Source: an uncultured Spirochaetota bacterium
GTDB taxonomy: Bacteria > Spirochaetota > B62-G9 > DRHN01
Assembly (NCBI GenBank): GCA_964521865.1
Contig: CAZFTJ010000005.1
Location: forward strand, 7,613-71,612
DNA: 64,000 bases
Direction: 5' to 3'
The position numbers were made by a program, and so were the translations under genes. The notes beneath the pieces were generated by a model. The model saw only the letters and a program-made list of their open reading frames with translations. It searched no databases and was not told the origin of the DNA. Positions 10,895-20,622 of the stretch are shown piece after piece. Every line of letters starts with the position of its first letter. Position 1 is the first letter of the stretch.

Positions 10895-10932
10895 TAATTA
10901 TTTAACCGGTTACGTAAGCGGTTAAATAATTA
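10895..10932. promoter_or_regulatory. 38-bp near-perfect palindrome (TAATTATTTAACCG-gTTACGTAAg-CGGTTAAATAATTA); candidate operator upstream of the AT-rich minus-strand operon
   Basis: Read directly: 14-bp perfect inverted arms around the self-complementary core TTACGTAA; lies 70-110 bp upstream of the DegT start at 10825. Confidence 0.5.
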
Positions 10933-11859
10933 AACACTATTTAAGACTATATGTCAAGCAAAAAAATTAATAAATCAGTGATTTTATATGAAAATAATAT
11001 TGAGTCCTCCAGTCCAAACCATACAACTTTCCAAGACCCTGTTATATCACGCTCCTCATATTCACACCCCGCCATTGCTCACTCATCCCGTTCTTATTCT
11101 TAAAAATTTTACCTGCCTCAGCGTTTTTCAGCGATTCCTCCATATATTTCATCTTCATCCCCGAGCATTCATCTCCACCGCCAATTGCTATAGCTGCATT
11201 CTGAGAGGGTCGATTCTCTTCAAAAACTTTATGTGAAGATCAATACCGATAAAACCATACCCCTTGATTTATTCGTCGACGGCATGCATATTGACAAACG
11301 TGGTGTATTCAGAAATCTATTCGGAGTCTTCCTCATTTTCGGGAAGCTCCGATAGGTTTGATGCGAGGCGGCCGTCATTCGAAACGACGGGATACTGCGT
11401 CCCGGCATAACGACGGCCTCATCCATCTGAATACGCTGAAGAGAGTATTTGACCATACGGATATCAATATTCGGCTTTTATTATAATCTCGAAAGCGGAC
11501 AATTCCCTTCTTGGGACAAGATGGATAAACTCAGCGAACGTACTAAGGTCAATGAAAAAAAATGGGATACAAGGGCATAAACATACGATCAAAAACGATT
11601 CGACTATTTCAGATATATGCAGAAAAAGCTTATATTTAGCATCGGCCTTAAAAAGAATACTGCATTATTGGTAACCGATAAAGATTCATATTGGTGAAAA
11701 GCAGCATATATAATTACAAGAAATGTCCAGGCTTTGCCCGACAGAGCGTATGCGCCCTGCTCCCTTAGGTCGCTTAAGGCTTCGTTGTATTTCGTATACG
11801 CGCGGCTTCGCCAAAATGTCTTCTACGCATAAAACGCCGTTCGAAATCGGAGGTATCAA

Positions 11860-12450
11860 ATGGATGCTGAAAAGATTGACGAGAGAAAAATAGTATTCAA
11901 ACCTGCAACAAAAGATCTATGGAACGACTTAGAGGAATTATTCGGAACGCATGGAGCGTACGGTGGTTGCTGGTGCATGTGGTGGAGAGTCAAAAGGTTG
12001 GAGTTCGAAAAGCACGCCGGTGAAGGAAATAGGAAAGCCCTTAAAAAAATAGTGGACTCCGGAACAGTTCCGGGAATTTTAGCGTACTTCGACTGCAGAC
12101 CGGTAGCATGGTGTTCCGTTGCACCGCGCGAACAATTTCCGGTTTTGGACCGGTCTCCTGTGTTGAAGAGATTCGACAACAAGCCTGTTTGGTCTATTGT
12201 GTGCTTTTTTATCTCAAAGCCGTTCAGGCGCAAAGGATTGAATCTGATACTGATAAAGGGTGCGCTTGATTATGCAAGGAAAAAGGGAGCGAAGATAGCA
12301 GAGTCATATCCTTTGGATAAAGAATCCAGCAAGAACACATCGACGGATGCCTTTACGGGATTTGCCAAAACATTCTACCGTGCCGGTTTTAAGGAAGTGA
12401 TAAGACGATCGGAAAAACGTCCGATACTCAGATATTATATCGATTCCTGA
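11860..12450 (+). CDS. GNAT family N-acetyltransferase
   Basis: 196 aa; acetyl-CoA-binding-like block FRRKGLNLILIKGALDYARKKGAKIAES; GNAT-like fold signature; RBS GGAGG before the ATG. Confidence 0.6.
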   Translation: MDAEKIDERKIVFKPATKDLWNDLEELFGTHGAYGGCWCMWWRVKRLEFEKHAGEGNRKALKKIVDSGTVPGILAYFDCRPVAWCSVAPREQFPVLDRSPVLKRFDNKPVWSIVCFFISKPFRRKGLNLILIKGALDYARKKGAKIAESYPLDKESSKNTSTDAFTGFAKTFYRAGFKEVIRRSEKRPILRYYIDS

Positions 12451-12633
12451 CGATATCACGACTTTACCATACTCCTTCACGATTTCGCCGAGCTTCTTCG
12501 TGCTCTATCCAAAGTGCCCCTATCGCGCATTCTGCGGGTACACGTCGAATCGTGAAAGGATTATGTAATATAAAAAAAATGCGTGCCCTCCCTCGATATT
12601 TCGGGCATCTTAAATCTCTGAGAGAATATTCAA

Positions 12634-13302
12634 ATGTGCACCTACATCTTAATGAAGATACTTGAATCCACCCCACACAGGTATGACAGGGGCATTCGCA
12701 TTCTCACACTCGGGAGATTGGACGGGGCGTACGATCGTTTAACCTCTCTCATAAAAAGAAGGCAGCGTGTCCTTGATATTGGATGCGGTACCGGTGCATT
12801 AACGGTAAGAGCCGCTTTTAAGGGCGCAAAGGTAAAAGGGATTGATGTCAATGAACAGATGCTGGAAATCGCGAAAAAGAGGGTAGCGGAAGCAAAACTC
12901 GAACAAAGTGTTGAGCTATGTGAGATGGGTGTTGCGGAGCTCGAAGGCGAAGAGGCGGCAAACTACGATGTTGTTATGAGCGGTCTCTGTTTCTCTGAGT
13001 TAACCGGGGATGAATTGATTTATACCTTGAAAGAGGTAAAGAGGATCCTGAAGCCGGGAGGCGCTGTGCTCATTGCAGATGAAATAAGACCCAACGGCAT
13101 TTCAAAGAGGATACTCAATTGGCTGATACGGTTCCCGCTTGTAATAATTACCTGCCTTGTGACCCAAACTACGACACGTGCCGTACGGAATTTGCCGGAA
13201 AAGATGGAAGAAGCGGGTTTTTTAATTGAATCGGTCAGATTGAATAAAATAGAAAGTTTTATTGAGCTTTTTGGAAGAAAACCTGAGGAAACGGTGCAAT
13301 GA
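12634..13302 (+). CDS. class I SAM-dependent methyltransferase (Methyltransf_11/25-like) with a hydrophobic C-terminal segment
   Basis: Motif I VLDIGCGTGALT; acidic loop GIDVNE; 222 aa; its stop overlaps the start of the next gene (ATGA). Confidence 0.8.
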   Translation: MCTYILMKILESTPHRYDRGIRILTLGRLDGAYDRLTSLIKRRQRVLDIGCGTGALTVRAAFKGAKVKGIDVNEQMLEIAKKRVAEAKLEQSVELCEMGVAELEGEEAANYDVVMSGLCFSELTGDELIYTLKEVKRILKPGGAVLIADEIRPNGISKRILNWLIRFPLVIITCLVTQTTTRAVRNLPEKMEEAGFLIESVRLNKIESFIELFGRKPEETVQ

Positions 13303-14456
13303 ATCTTCTCAAGTATATTCTTGTGAGTATTATCGAAACTTTGCTGAGAGGCTTCCCTTTCCCCTGTAAGACAGGTTTGATTAAAATAGGGAGTCCGGGC
13401 AGGAATTCACCTGTTATTCTGACCTGTAATTATCATTTGACTGTTGTAAAAGTCAAAAGAGCGTTGAAAGAAACGGACTGTTATCTCCTTGTAGCAAATA
13501 GCAGAGGACTCAATGTATGGTGCGGCTCCGCCGGCGGGCATTTGACAAATCACTCTATTATATCCGCTCTAAAGACCAGCGGGATAGAAGAACATGTGCA
13601 TCATAGATATGTAATACTTCCTCAACTCGCTGCCGCAGGAATCGAATCGAGAGTCATCAAGAAAAAGACGGCATGGAAGATCGTCTGGGGGCCGGTTTAT
13701 GCGAAAGATATACCGGCTTTCATAGAAAGCAATTTCAAAAAAACTGCCGAAATGAGGGAGATACGTTTCCCCTTGGGGCAGCGGATTGAAATGGCTGTTA
13801 TGTGGGCATTTCCATTTTCAATCATCGCATCCATTATAATAATTCCTTTCCGGCCCGGAATGCTTTTACCTTTAAATGCTCTTATCTGGGGCTTATCATT
13901 TTTAATATTCACGTCCTTCCCCCTGTATTCCGGCTGGCTCAATCGAAAGAAGAATCCGACGGGTGTCAGCAGGTACTCGATTATCTTTGATTTCGGTCGC
14001 ATCCCCCTGGTTATTTGGATAATTTTTCTATCGTGTCTTGTCGTCGTAAGCATTTTCGTAAACGCTTTTACATGGGGATTCGTTTTACGCTGGGGATTCA
14101 TGTCATTCGTTATCCTTCTTCTGATAAGCGGTGATCTCATGGGCAGCACCCCGGTTTACAAGAGTGGTTTGCACGAAGAGAGATTTTTCAAGGTCATGCT
14201 CGATAAAAAAAAGTGCAGAGGAGCCGGTTTTTGTGAGCTGGTCTGCCCGCGTAATTGTTATGAAGTGGATAAAAATCGGCATGTTGCCACCATGCCGGGG
14301 GCGAACCGGTGCGTACAGTGCGGCGCGTGCATAGTTCAGTGCCCGTTCGATGCCCTGTATTTTGAAAGCCCGGAAGGTGAAATAATACCTCCTGAATCTG
14401 TCAGAAGATTTAAATTAAATCTTATGGGCAAACGGCTTGTGAAACAGGATTCTTAA
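13299..14456 (+). CDS. HgcA-like corrinoid-binding membrane protein fused to an HgcB-like 4Fe-4S ferredoxin domain (HgcAB-fusion paralog family)
   Basis: Residues 30-160 align with the HgcA corrinoid domain (PVILTCNYHLTVV, cap-helix-like LLVANSRGLNVWCGSAGG, VILPQLAAAGIE, VWGPVYAKDIPAFI); four to five TM helices at 165-290; C-terminal CRGAGFCELVCP plus CVQCGACIVQCP ferredoxin. Confidence 0.75.
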   Translation: MNLLKYILVSIIETLLRGFPFPCKTGLIKIGSPGRNSPVILTCNYHLTVVKVKRALKETDCYLLVANSRGLNVWCGSAGGHLTNHSIISALKTSGIEEHVHHRYVILPQLAAAGIESRVIKKKTAWKIVWGPVYAKDIPAFIESNFKKTAEMREIRFPLGQRIEMAVMWAFPFSIIASIIIIPFRPGMLLPLNALIWGLSFLIFTSFPLYSGWLNRKKNPTGVSRYSIIFDFGRIPLVIWIIFLSCLVVVSIFVNAFTWGFVLRWGFMSFVILLLISGDLMGSTPVYKSGLHEERFFKVMLDKKKCRGAGFCELVCPRNCYEVDKNRHVATMPGANRCVQCGACIVQCPFDALYFESPEGEIIPPESVRRFKLNLMGKRLVKQDS

Positions 14457-14659
14457 CGGCCCGGTGTGATAGTATTTCAAGCAGGAGGCGTGCGTTCTCA
14501 TAGCATGAACAGTCTGACAGGCAGGGCATGGAATAGAGAAAAAAAATGATAACATTTCTAAATTGTAATGTTCGTGAAAGCTTTTTTTCATTTTGCAGTA
14601 TTACATTATGAAGCGGATTGAGATACTATTCAAAACTGGGGAACAAGAGGAGCAATACA

Positions 14660-15514
14660 ATGAATGCTTTAAAGACGACAGTTCTTATGGCGGCAATGAC
14701 CGGAATTCTGATCATCATCGGAAAGCTTATCGGCGGAGCTACAGGCATGATCGTTGCGTTTATTTTCGCCGGAATCTTGAATTTCTTCAGCTACTGGTTC
14801 AGCGATAAAATTGTCCTTTCAATGTATCGAGCTAAAGAGGCAAGTGAGAAGGAGGCTCCGAAGCTCTATAAAACGGTGGAAAGGCTTACGTCAAAGCTCG
14901 GGCTTCCGGTGCCCAGGATATTCATTATTCCATCCGACACGCCCAATGCTTTTGCAACGGGAAGGAATCCATCTCACGCCGTTGTAGCAGCAACGAGGGG
15001 TTTGCTGCGTATGCTCGATGACGACGAGCTGGAGGCGGTTCTTGGTCATGAGCTCACACACGTACGGGACCGGGACATTCTTGTGAGCACCATCGCAGCC
15101 GCAATGGCAGGCGCTGTCACCATGCTCGCATTCATGGCTCGCTGGACCGCTTTATTCGGAGGGCTCGGTGGTACGAGTAATGAAAGGGGTGGAGGTGTAA
15201 TCGGTCTCCTTGCAATGGCTATCCTGGCGCCTTTCGCTGCCCTCCTTATCCGTCTCGCAATTTCCAGAACACGGGAGTATATGGCCGACGCAGGAAGTGC
15301 AGAGCTTACAAAGAATCCTCTCGCGCTCGCACGAGCGCTCGAGAATCTGGAAGCTGCCGCCGCACGAAGACCGCTTCCTGCAAGCCCGTCTACCGCGCAC
15401 CTGTTTATTGTAAATCCTTTGAGAAGCGGTTTCATGATAAAGCTTTTCAGCACTCACCCTCCCATTGAAAAGAGGGTTGCACGGCTTCAGGAGATTGCAC
15501 GAAATATGGATTAA
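14660..15514 (+). CDS. htpX: zinc metalloprotease HtpX (M48 family)
   Basis: HELTHVRDRD zinc motif (HExxH); N-terminal TM helices; strong RBS AAGAGGAG before the ATG at 14660 (the track ORF begins upstream at 14618). Confidence 0.9.
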   Translation: MNALKTTVLMAAMTGILIIIGKLIGGATGMIVAFIFAGILNFFSYWFSDKIVLSMYRAKEASEKEAPKLYKTVERLTSKLGLPVPRIFIIPSDTPNAFATGRNPSHAVVAATRGLLRMLDDDELEAVLGHELTHVRDRDILVSTIAAAMAGAVTMLAFMARWTALFGGLGGTSNERGGGVIGLLAMAILAPFAALLIRLAISRTREYMADAGSAELTKNPLALARALENLEAAAARRPLPASPSTAHLFIVNPLRSGFMIKLFSTHPPIEKRVARLQEIARNMD

Positions 15515-15538
15515 ATACCTCAGTCAGGTATATTCTCT

Positions 15539-16855
15539 ATGTTTAAAAAAATCGCAGATCGCCGGACGAGCCAAAAAATCGGATATCTGGAAACCGCAGC
15601 TATCGGTGTTGGAGGCATGGTTGGAGGTGGAATCTTCGCCGTGCTGGGGCTTGCGGTGCAGCTCGCACACGGTGGAGCGCCTGTCGCATTTATGATTGCC
15701 GGAATTGTCGCACTGGTTACGTCCTATTCTTATGCGAAGCTCTCAGTAACCTTCCCCAGCCAGGGAGGTACGGTCGCTTTTCTGGATCGCGCATTCGGGC
15801 CAGGTCTTATAACGGGCTCGGTAAATATTCTACTATGGATCAGCTACATGATCATGCTCTCCCTCTATGCGTATGCTTTCGGCAGCTATGGCGCTGCTCT
15901 TTTCCCTCAGGCCTCGCGAGAGCTGTGGAAACATGTGCTGATCAGCGTGAGTATCACCGGCATTACGGGGCTCAACCTGTTGAGCGCCAGGCTCATCGGA
16001 GAAACCGAGGAGGTGATCGTCGCAATCAAGCTCGTAATTCTTCTGTTATTCGCAGGATTTGGAGTATTGGGCATCAGGGGCTCTCGTTTGGAGCCAATGG
16101 CCTGGTCCTCCCCATTAAAACTTGTTTCCGGCGGAATGATCATTTTTCTCGCATACGAAGGATTCGAATTGATCGCCAATACCGCCAAGGATGTACGAGA
16201 GCCGTCAAAAACACTGCCCCGGGCATTTTATACCTCTGTTGGATTCGTGATTGTACTCTATATCCTCATAGCGGCTGTCGCAATAGGGAATCTTCCCGTC
16301 AAACAGATTGTCGGAGCAAAAGATTACGCACTGGCCGAGGCGGCTCGACCTTTCCTCGGGCAAGCGGGGTACCTCTTGATCACCGTAGCTGCATTGCTAT
16401 CGACTTTTTCGGCGATTAATGCCACAGTTTATGGAGCGGCTCGCCTGAGTTATGTCATTGCAAAAGACGGCGAACTGCCGGCCGAACTCGAGCGTAAAGC
16501 GTGGAAGCAGCCCATTGAGGGGCTTTTGATCACTTCAGGGATCACACTGATCATTGCAAACGTGTTTGATCTCTCCAGCATTTCCGTGATGGGGAGCACC
16601 GGCTTCCTTTTAATCTTTACTGCCGTCAATGCTGCAAACGCTGTACTCGCCAGGGAGACGAAGAGCATGCGGTGGCTTTCGATTATCGGTGTGGCGCTGT
16701 GCCTCGGTGCTCTGGGCAGCCTGCTCCGGCAAACGGCAATCGATGCACCGGGACATCTGTGGGTGCTTGCTGGTATGGTTGTGCTCGCGTTTCTCATCGA
16801 ATCGAGCTTCCGTTTGCTGAGTTCCAGAAGTATACGGCTCGAAAGCTCACGTTGA
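15539..16855 (+). CDS. APC-family amino acid permease
   Basis: 438 aa, 12 predicted TM helices; N-terminal GVGGMVGGGIFAVLG signature typical of the APC superfamily. Confidence 0.85.
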   Translation: MFKKIADRRTSQKIGYLETAAIGVGGMVGGGIFAVLGLAVQLAHGGAPVAFMIAGIVALVTSYSYAKLSVTFPSQGGTVAFLDRAFGPGLITGSVNILLWISYMIMLSLYAYAFGSYGAALFPQASRELWKHVLISVSITGITGLNLLSARLIGETEEVIVAIKLVILLLFAGFGVLGIRGSRLEPMAWSSPLKLVSGGMIIFLAYEGFELIANTAKDVREPSKTLPRAFYTSVGFVIVLYILIAAVAIGNLPVKQIVGAKDYALAEAARPFLGQAGYLLITVAALLSTFSAINATVYGAARLSYVIAKDGELPAELERKAWKQPIEGLLITSGITLIIANVFDLSSISVMGSTGFLLIFTAVNAANAVLARETKSMRWLSIIGVALCLGALGSLLRQTAIDAPGHLWVLAGMVVLAFLIESSFRLLSSRSIRLESSR

Positions 16856-17094
16856 ATGAGGGCCTGTTCAACACATGGAATTCATCGACCGGCGCGTGCG
16901 GCAAAACCCGAAGGCTGACCCTAAAAGAGTATACGAAGCTCTTTTTAAGCACCTTCAAAAAGTTACTTCATACCATCCATTCGGCTGTCGGCGGCGCATC
17001 TCGTTCTTCGTTATAATATTCTTAAAAATAATTCTTTACACATATACAATGTGCACATATGATGTTTTTAGAAGAACGGGCAAGGGGGTTTTCT

Positions 17095-18441
17095 ATGAGA
17101 ACAGAGCAATGGATGAAGGAAGCCGGGTATATAGCAGACGTGATGAAGAAAGCACCTTCGTTTGACAGAGCATATCGGATCGGACCGGAGGAGTTTGACG
17201 CACGGCAGAGCAAGGTGTTGAAAGGGCTGCAGGAAAAGGGTCTTGAATGCGGAATAGTATTTTCAAACGAGCACTACAATGGAGATGTTCCATATTTAGG
17301 AGGAAATACCAACATAACGGTCGAATCTGTAGCCGGAATCATCGGGAACGACGGATTTCATATACTCGCAGGTCTTGAAGGAGGGTACGTCGCTGAGCAG
17401 CTTGCCGGCAGATCGAACACAAAGGTACACAAGATACAGATGCTTCAGCTCGCTGATGAGGATTATCCAATCGATGCTGAACGTTTCGAGGATGTGATAG
17501 AGGAGGCGTGCGGGAAAAAGCCCGAAACAATCGGCCTTCTTACCCCCCGGGCAATTTTCCCTGTGAGCATTTACGAGTATTTACAAAAGTACCTGGGCGG
17601 TACAGAACACATAATCGATGCTCAGGAGGTGTACTATAAAGTCAAATACGAGAAGTCCGATATGGAGATGAAACTTGTCGAGGAAGCCTGCCTGTTGGCT
17701 GACACACTTATAGAGGGAATGGTCGGGGTCGTGAAACCCGGTATATACGATACACAGATAGCAGGGTGGGGCTATGAAATGGCCTATGAGTTGGGCGTTG
17801 ACGAGCTCAGCTTCGATATTATAGTAACGGTCGGTGAAGCAAATCGCTCGCTTATATCCAAGGCATTGAACTACAGGGTAAAGGAAGGCGACATTGTTTC
17901 AATAGGAGTAGCGCCGAGGAGGGACGGGCTTACCGGATGCAACCGGGTATCCGTAGTGGCAGTTGATGATCCCGGCAGGATAACCGATGATCAAAGGTTC
18001 TGGATTGAATTCGTGGAAGAGGCCTACCGCGAAGGACTCAGAGCGTTCAAGGAAGTTGCAAAGAACAACCTGCCGGCAAAGAATGTCGAACAGGCGATTA
18101 TAGACTATTACCGAATGCGCGAAAAAGAGGTAAACAAAAGGTACGGAATATCGGTCGATCTGGCCAGACAAAAGCCGTATACGGGTGTGCACAATGCAGG
18201 GTACACGGAGGCATACGAGTTTTACGGCGCCATCACGCTGGCTTCCGAAGAGCCTCTCGGGAATCAGGTAGTGAATATGCTCGATATTGCTGTGAGGGGT
18301 ATCGGCAACAGGTGGGATGAAGTTGTCATACCCGGGCTCGATTATGTTGTGGTGGAAAAGACGCTTGGTAAATACGGAAAAGAGGTTCGGCAGCTCAACA
18401 AGCTTCCTTTGAACGTACAGCATCTCGTCGGCAAGGCCTGA
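17095..18441 (+). CDS. M24 family metallopeptidase (Xaa-Pro aminopeptidase/creatinase-like)
   Basis: Creatinase-like N-terminal domain and pita-bread C-terminal domain; RBS AAGGGGG before the ATG at 17095. Confidence 0.6.
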   Translation: MRTEQWMKEAGYIADVMKKAPSFDRAYRIGPEEFDARQSKVLKGLQEKGLECGIVFSNEHYNGDVPYLGGNTNITVESVAGIIGNDGFHILAGLEGGYVAEQLAGRSNTKVHKIQMLQLADEDYPIDAERFEDVIEEACGKKPETIGLLTPRAIFPVSIYEYLQKYLGGTEHIIDAQEVYYKVKYEKSDMEMKLVEEACLLADTLIEGMVGVVKPGIYDTQIAGWGYEMAYELGVDELSFDIIVTVGEANRSLISKALNYRVKEGDIVSIGVAPRRDGLTGCNRVSVVAVDDPGRITDDQRFWIEFVEEAYREGLRAFKEVAKNNLPAKNVEQAIIDYYRMREKEVNKRYGISVDLARQKPYTGVHNAGYTEAYEFYGAITLASEEPLGNQVVNMLDIAVRGIGNRWDEVVIPGLDYVVVEKTLGKYGKEVRQLNKLPLNVQHLVGKA

Positions 18442-18559
18442 TAATTTTCATCAACACAAAGGTCGATTGGTTTATATTAGGAAAAAACAAAAGTTCGCCG
18501 CCCGAATCGGTTCGACAATATCTACAATTACTGAGATATCTCAAAAAAACATGACTCTG

Positions 18560-19609
18560 TTATTCTGGGAATTCGATCAGGGTCTTCAAACCCTCTCCGC
18601 TCATAGCATATGCAAATGCTTCTTTAATCTCGGCGATTCTGAAGCGCTTGCTTATGATCGATTTCGTATCAACCTTTCGATCTTCTATCAGCTTTATCGA
18701 CCGTGCATAATCATACTGCGCATATCTCGTCGTTCCCGTCAGAACGAGGTTGTTGTAATGAATACGATTCGTGTCGAGCCGGACAAGCTCCTTTCCCTGC
18801 GGCAGGCCGCCGAACAGGTTTATTCTCCCTCCCTTTGCTGCAAGCTCCACGGACTGCCGTTGTACATCAGGAACAGGACAGGCTGTAATAATCACATCCG
18901 CCCCGGCCCCATCTGTATGGCGACTCACCGCTTCGGCAAGGTCTTCCTTCTCAGAATTGACGATGATATCGGGATTAAACTTTTGAATGAGGTTGAGTCT
19001 GGCATCGGAGATATCAGCCATCATGATTTTCCCCGCCCCTGCAATGCGTTGAATCAAGAGATGCAGGACGCCCATGGGCCCTGCCCCAACAATCAGAACG
19101 TTATCACCGGGCTTTGTGTGTACTGAACGGTATGCAAAGTAGCAGCACGCGAGCGGTTCTGCAAGTGCCGCTTCTTCGAAGCCGATATCTTTTTTGAACG
19201 GTACAAGATCACCCTGCACGATTGCCTTGGAATAAATCCTCATATATTCTGCAAAGCCGCCGTTTATTGTGATACCAAACGCATCGTAATCGGGGCAGAG
19301 GTGAAATTTTCCTATTTTACAATAGCGACACCTCCCACACCCGATGTTTGGGGCAACCGCAACCCTCATTCCTTTCGCATATCCTTTTACATCAGAACCA
19401 ACCTCCCAGATCTCCCCTGAAATCTCATGTCCCAGTATCCTTGTTTCGCCCTCACCTATCCTGTGGTGACCACTCTTAAAGATCCTGAGGTCCGTGCCGC
19501 ATATATTCGCGGCTCTCACCCTGAGGAGCATCTCATCTTTAGCGATCTTTGGAACCGGAACTTCATGCGCTTCGATCTTACCGATACCACTGAATACTGC
19601 AGCACGCAT
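18560..19609 (-). CDS. Zn-dependent alcohol dehydrogenase, MDR family (threonine/sorbitol dehydrogenase-like)
   Basis: CGTDLR.. GHE..GEI catalytic zinc motif; CGRCRYC structural zinc motif; GAGPMG Rossmann motif. Confidence 0.85.
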   Translation of the reverse strand: MRAAVFSGIGKIEAHEVPVPKIAKDEMLLRVRAANICGTDLRIFKSGHHRIGEGETRILGHEISGEIWEVGSDVKGYAKGMRVAVAPNIGCGRCRYCKIGKFHLCPDYDAFGITINGGFAEYMRIYSKAIVQGDLVPFKKDIGFEEAALAEPLACCYFAYRSVHTKPGDNVLIVGAGPMGVLHLLIQRIAGAGKIMMADISDARLNLIQKFNPDIIVNSEKEDLAEAVSRHTDGAGADVIITACPVPDVQRQSVELAAKGGRINLFGGLPQGKELVRLDTNRIHYNNLVLTGTTRYAQYDYARSIKLIEDRKVDTKSIISKRFRIAEIKEAFAYAMSGEGLKTLIEFPE

Positions 19610-19761
19610 GTTTCAAACCTCCACTCTGATCCCTTCCGAGTCTCTTTTGGCTGAAGTTGATATCTTTCAGTTGTAAAATAATATTTTTTTTGTTAATATA
19701 TTCAAAAAATTTATTTCAATTCTATAATATTTATGCAATAATAATAACTGGAGGCTGAACG

Positions 19762-20622
19762 ATGCCCGAGAATGATATTCTTTTGTTGAAGATCAGGGGC
19801 TTGCTCTCATCACTTAGTCCTGCTTTAAAAAAAATAGCTCTCTACATTCTAAATAATCCACAGAAGGTAAAGCTGTTGCGCATAAAAGACCTCGCCTCAA
19901 GCTGTGGTGTTGCAGAAGCAACAATTACACGGTTTGTAAAGACCATCGGCCTTGGAAGCTTCCAGGAGTTGAAGATCAATATTGCCGAGCTCACCAAAGA
20001 GAGTAATGTCGAGAAAGAGCTCGTATACGACGATGTAACGATAGGCGATTCTATAAAGAGTATCGTAGATAAAATCGTTGCCATTAATATCAAGGCATTG
20101 AACGACACTAAAAAGCTGATAAACATAAAAGAAACAGAGAGGGCAATAGCTGCAATACATAAAGCAAAGCAGATAGATATCTACGGTGCAGGCGGTTCCT
20201 ATATCACTTCCGAGAATGTCCGCATGCGGTTCTACAGAATAGGGAAGCGCTGTATCATATACAACGACCCGAACCAGCAGGCTGTATCAGCCTCGCTGCT
20301 TACTTCAAAGGATCTCGCCATAGGTATATGTAATTCGGGCCGCACGATCTCCACCGTCAATGCATTAAAACGAGCCAAGGAAAGCGGTGCCGTTACTATT
20401 TGCATTACCAACTTCGATCAGACGCCTATAACAAAGTATGCCGACATCAAGCTCTTTACATCGACCCAGGACTCCGCATTCTTTCAGGAATCGATGGTTT
20501 CAAGAGTGGCACAAATTATCATAGTGGACATCCTCTATGCGGGACTTGCGATACGCACCTTCGATACATCTATTAAAAAGATCGAGAAATCATCGGCCTC
20601 TCTGAGAAATGTCCTTATGTAG
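19762..20622 (+). CDS. MurR/RpiR family transcriptional regulator (HTH + SIS domain)
   Basis: N-terminal HTH LRIKDLASSCGVAEATITRFVKTIG; C-terminal SIS-like sugar-phosphate-binding region. Confidence 0.85.
   Translation: MPENDILLLKIRGLLSSLSPALKKIALYILNNPQKVKLLRIKDLASSCGVAEATITRFVKTIGLGSFQELKINIAELTKESNVEKELVYDDVTIGDSIKSIVDKIVAINIKALNDTKKLINIKETERAIAAIHKAKQIDIYGAGGSYITSENVRMRFYRIGKRCIIYNDPNQQAVSASLLTSKDLAIGICNSGRTISTVNALKRAKESGAVTICITNFDQTPITKYADIKLFTSTQDSAFFQESMVSRVAQIIIVDILYAGLAIRTFDTSIKKIEKSSASLRNVLM

Noticed and set aside
12451-12633. ArsR-type regulator or operator upstream of the hgcA-like gene, as in canonical arsR-hgcAB loci
   Set aside because: No arsR-like ORF is present. The upstream gene is a GNAT, and the immediate upstream gene is a SAM methyltransferase. 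No clear palindrome in the 184-bp spacer.
13299-14456. Calling this gene pair bona fide mercury-methylation hgcA plus hgcB
   Set aside because: The cap helix reads NVWCGSAGG, not NVWCA(A/G)GK. The ferredoxin lacks the C-terminal Cys-Cys of HgcB, and one cluster motif is non-canonical. It is a fused single ORF. I call it an HgcAB-like paralog instead.
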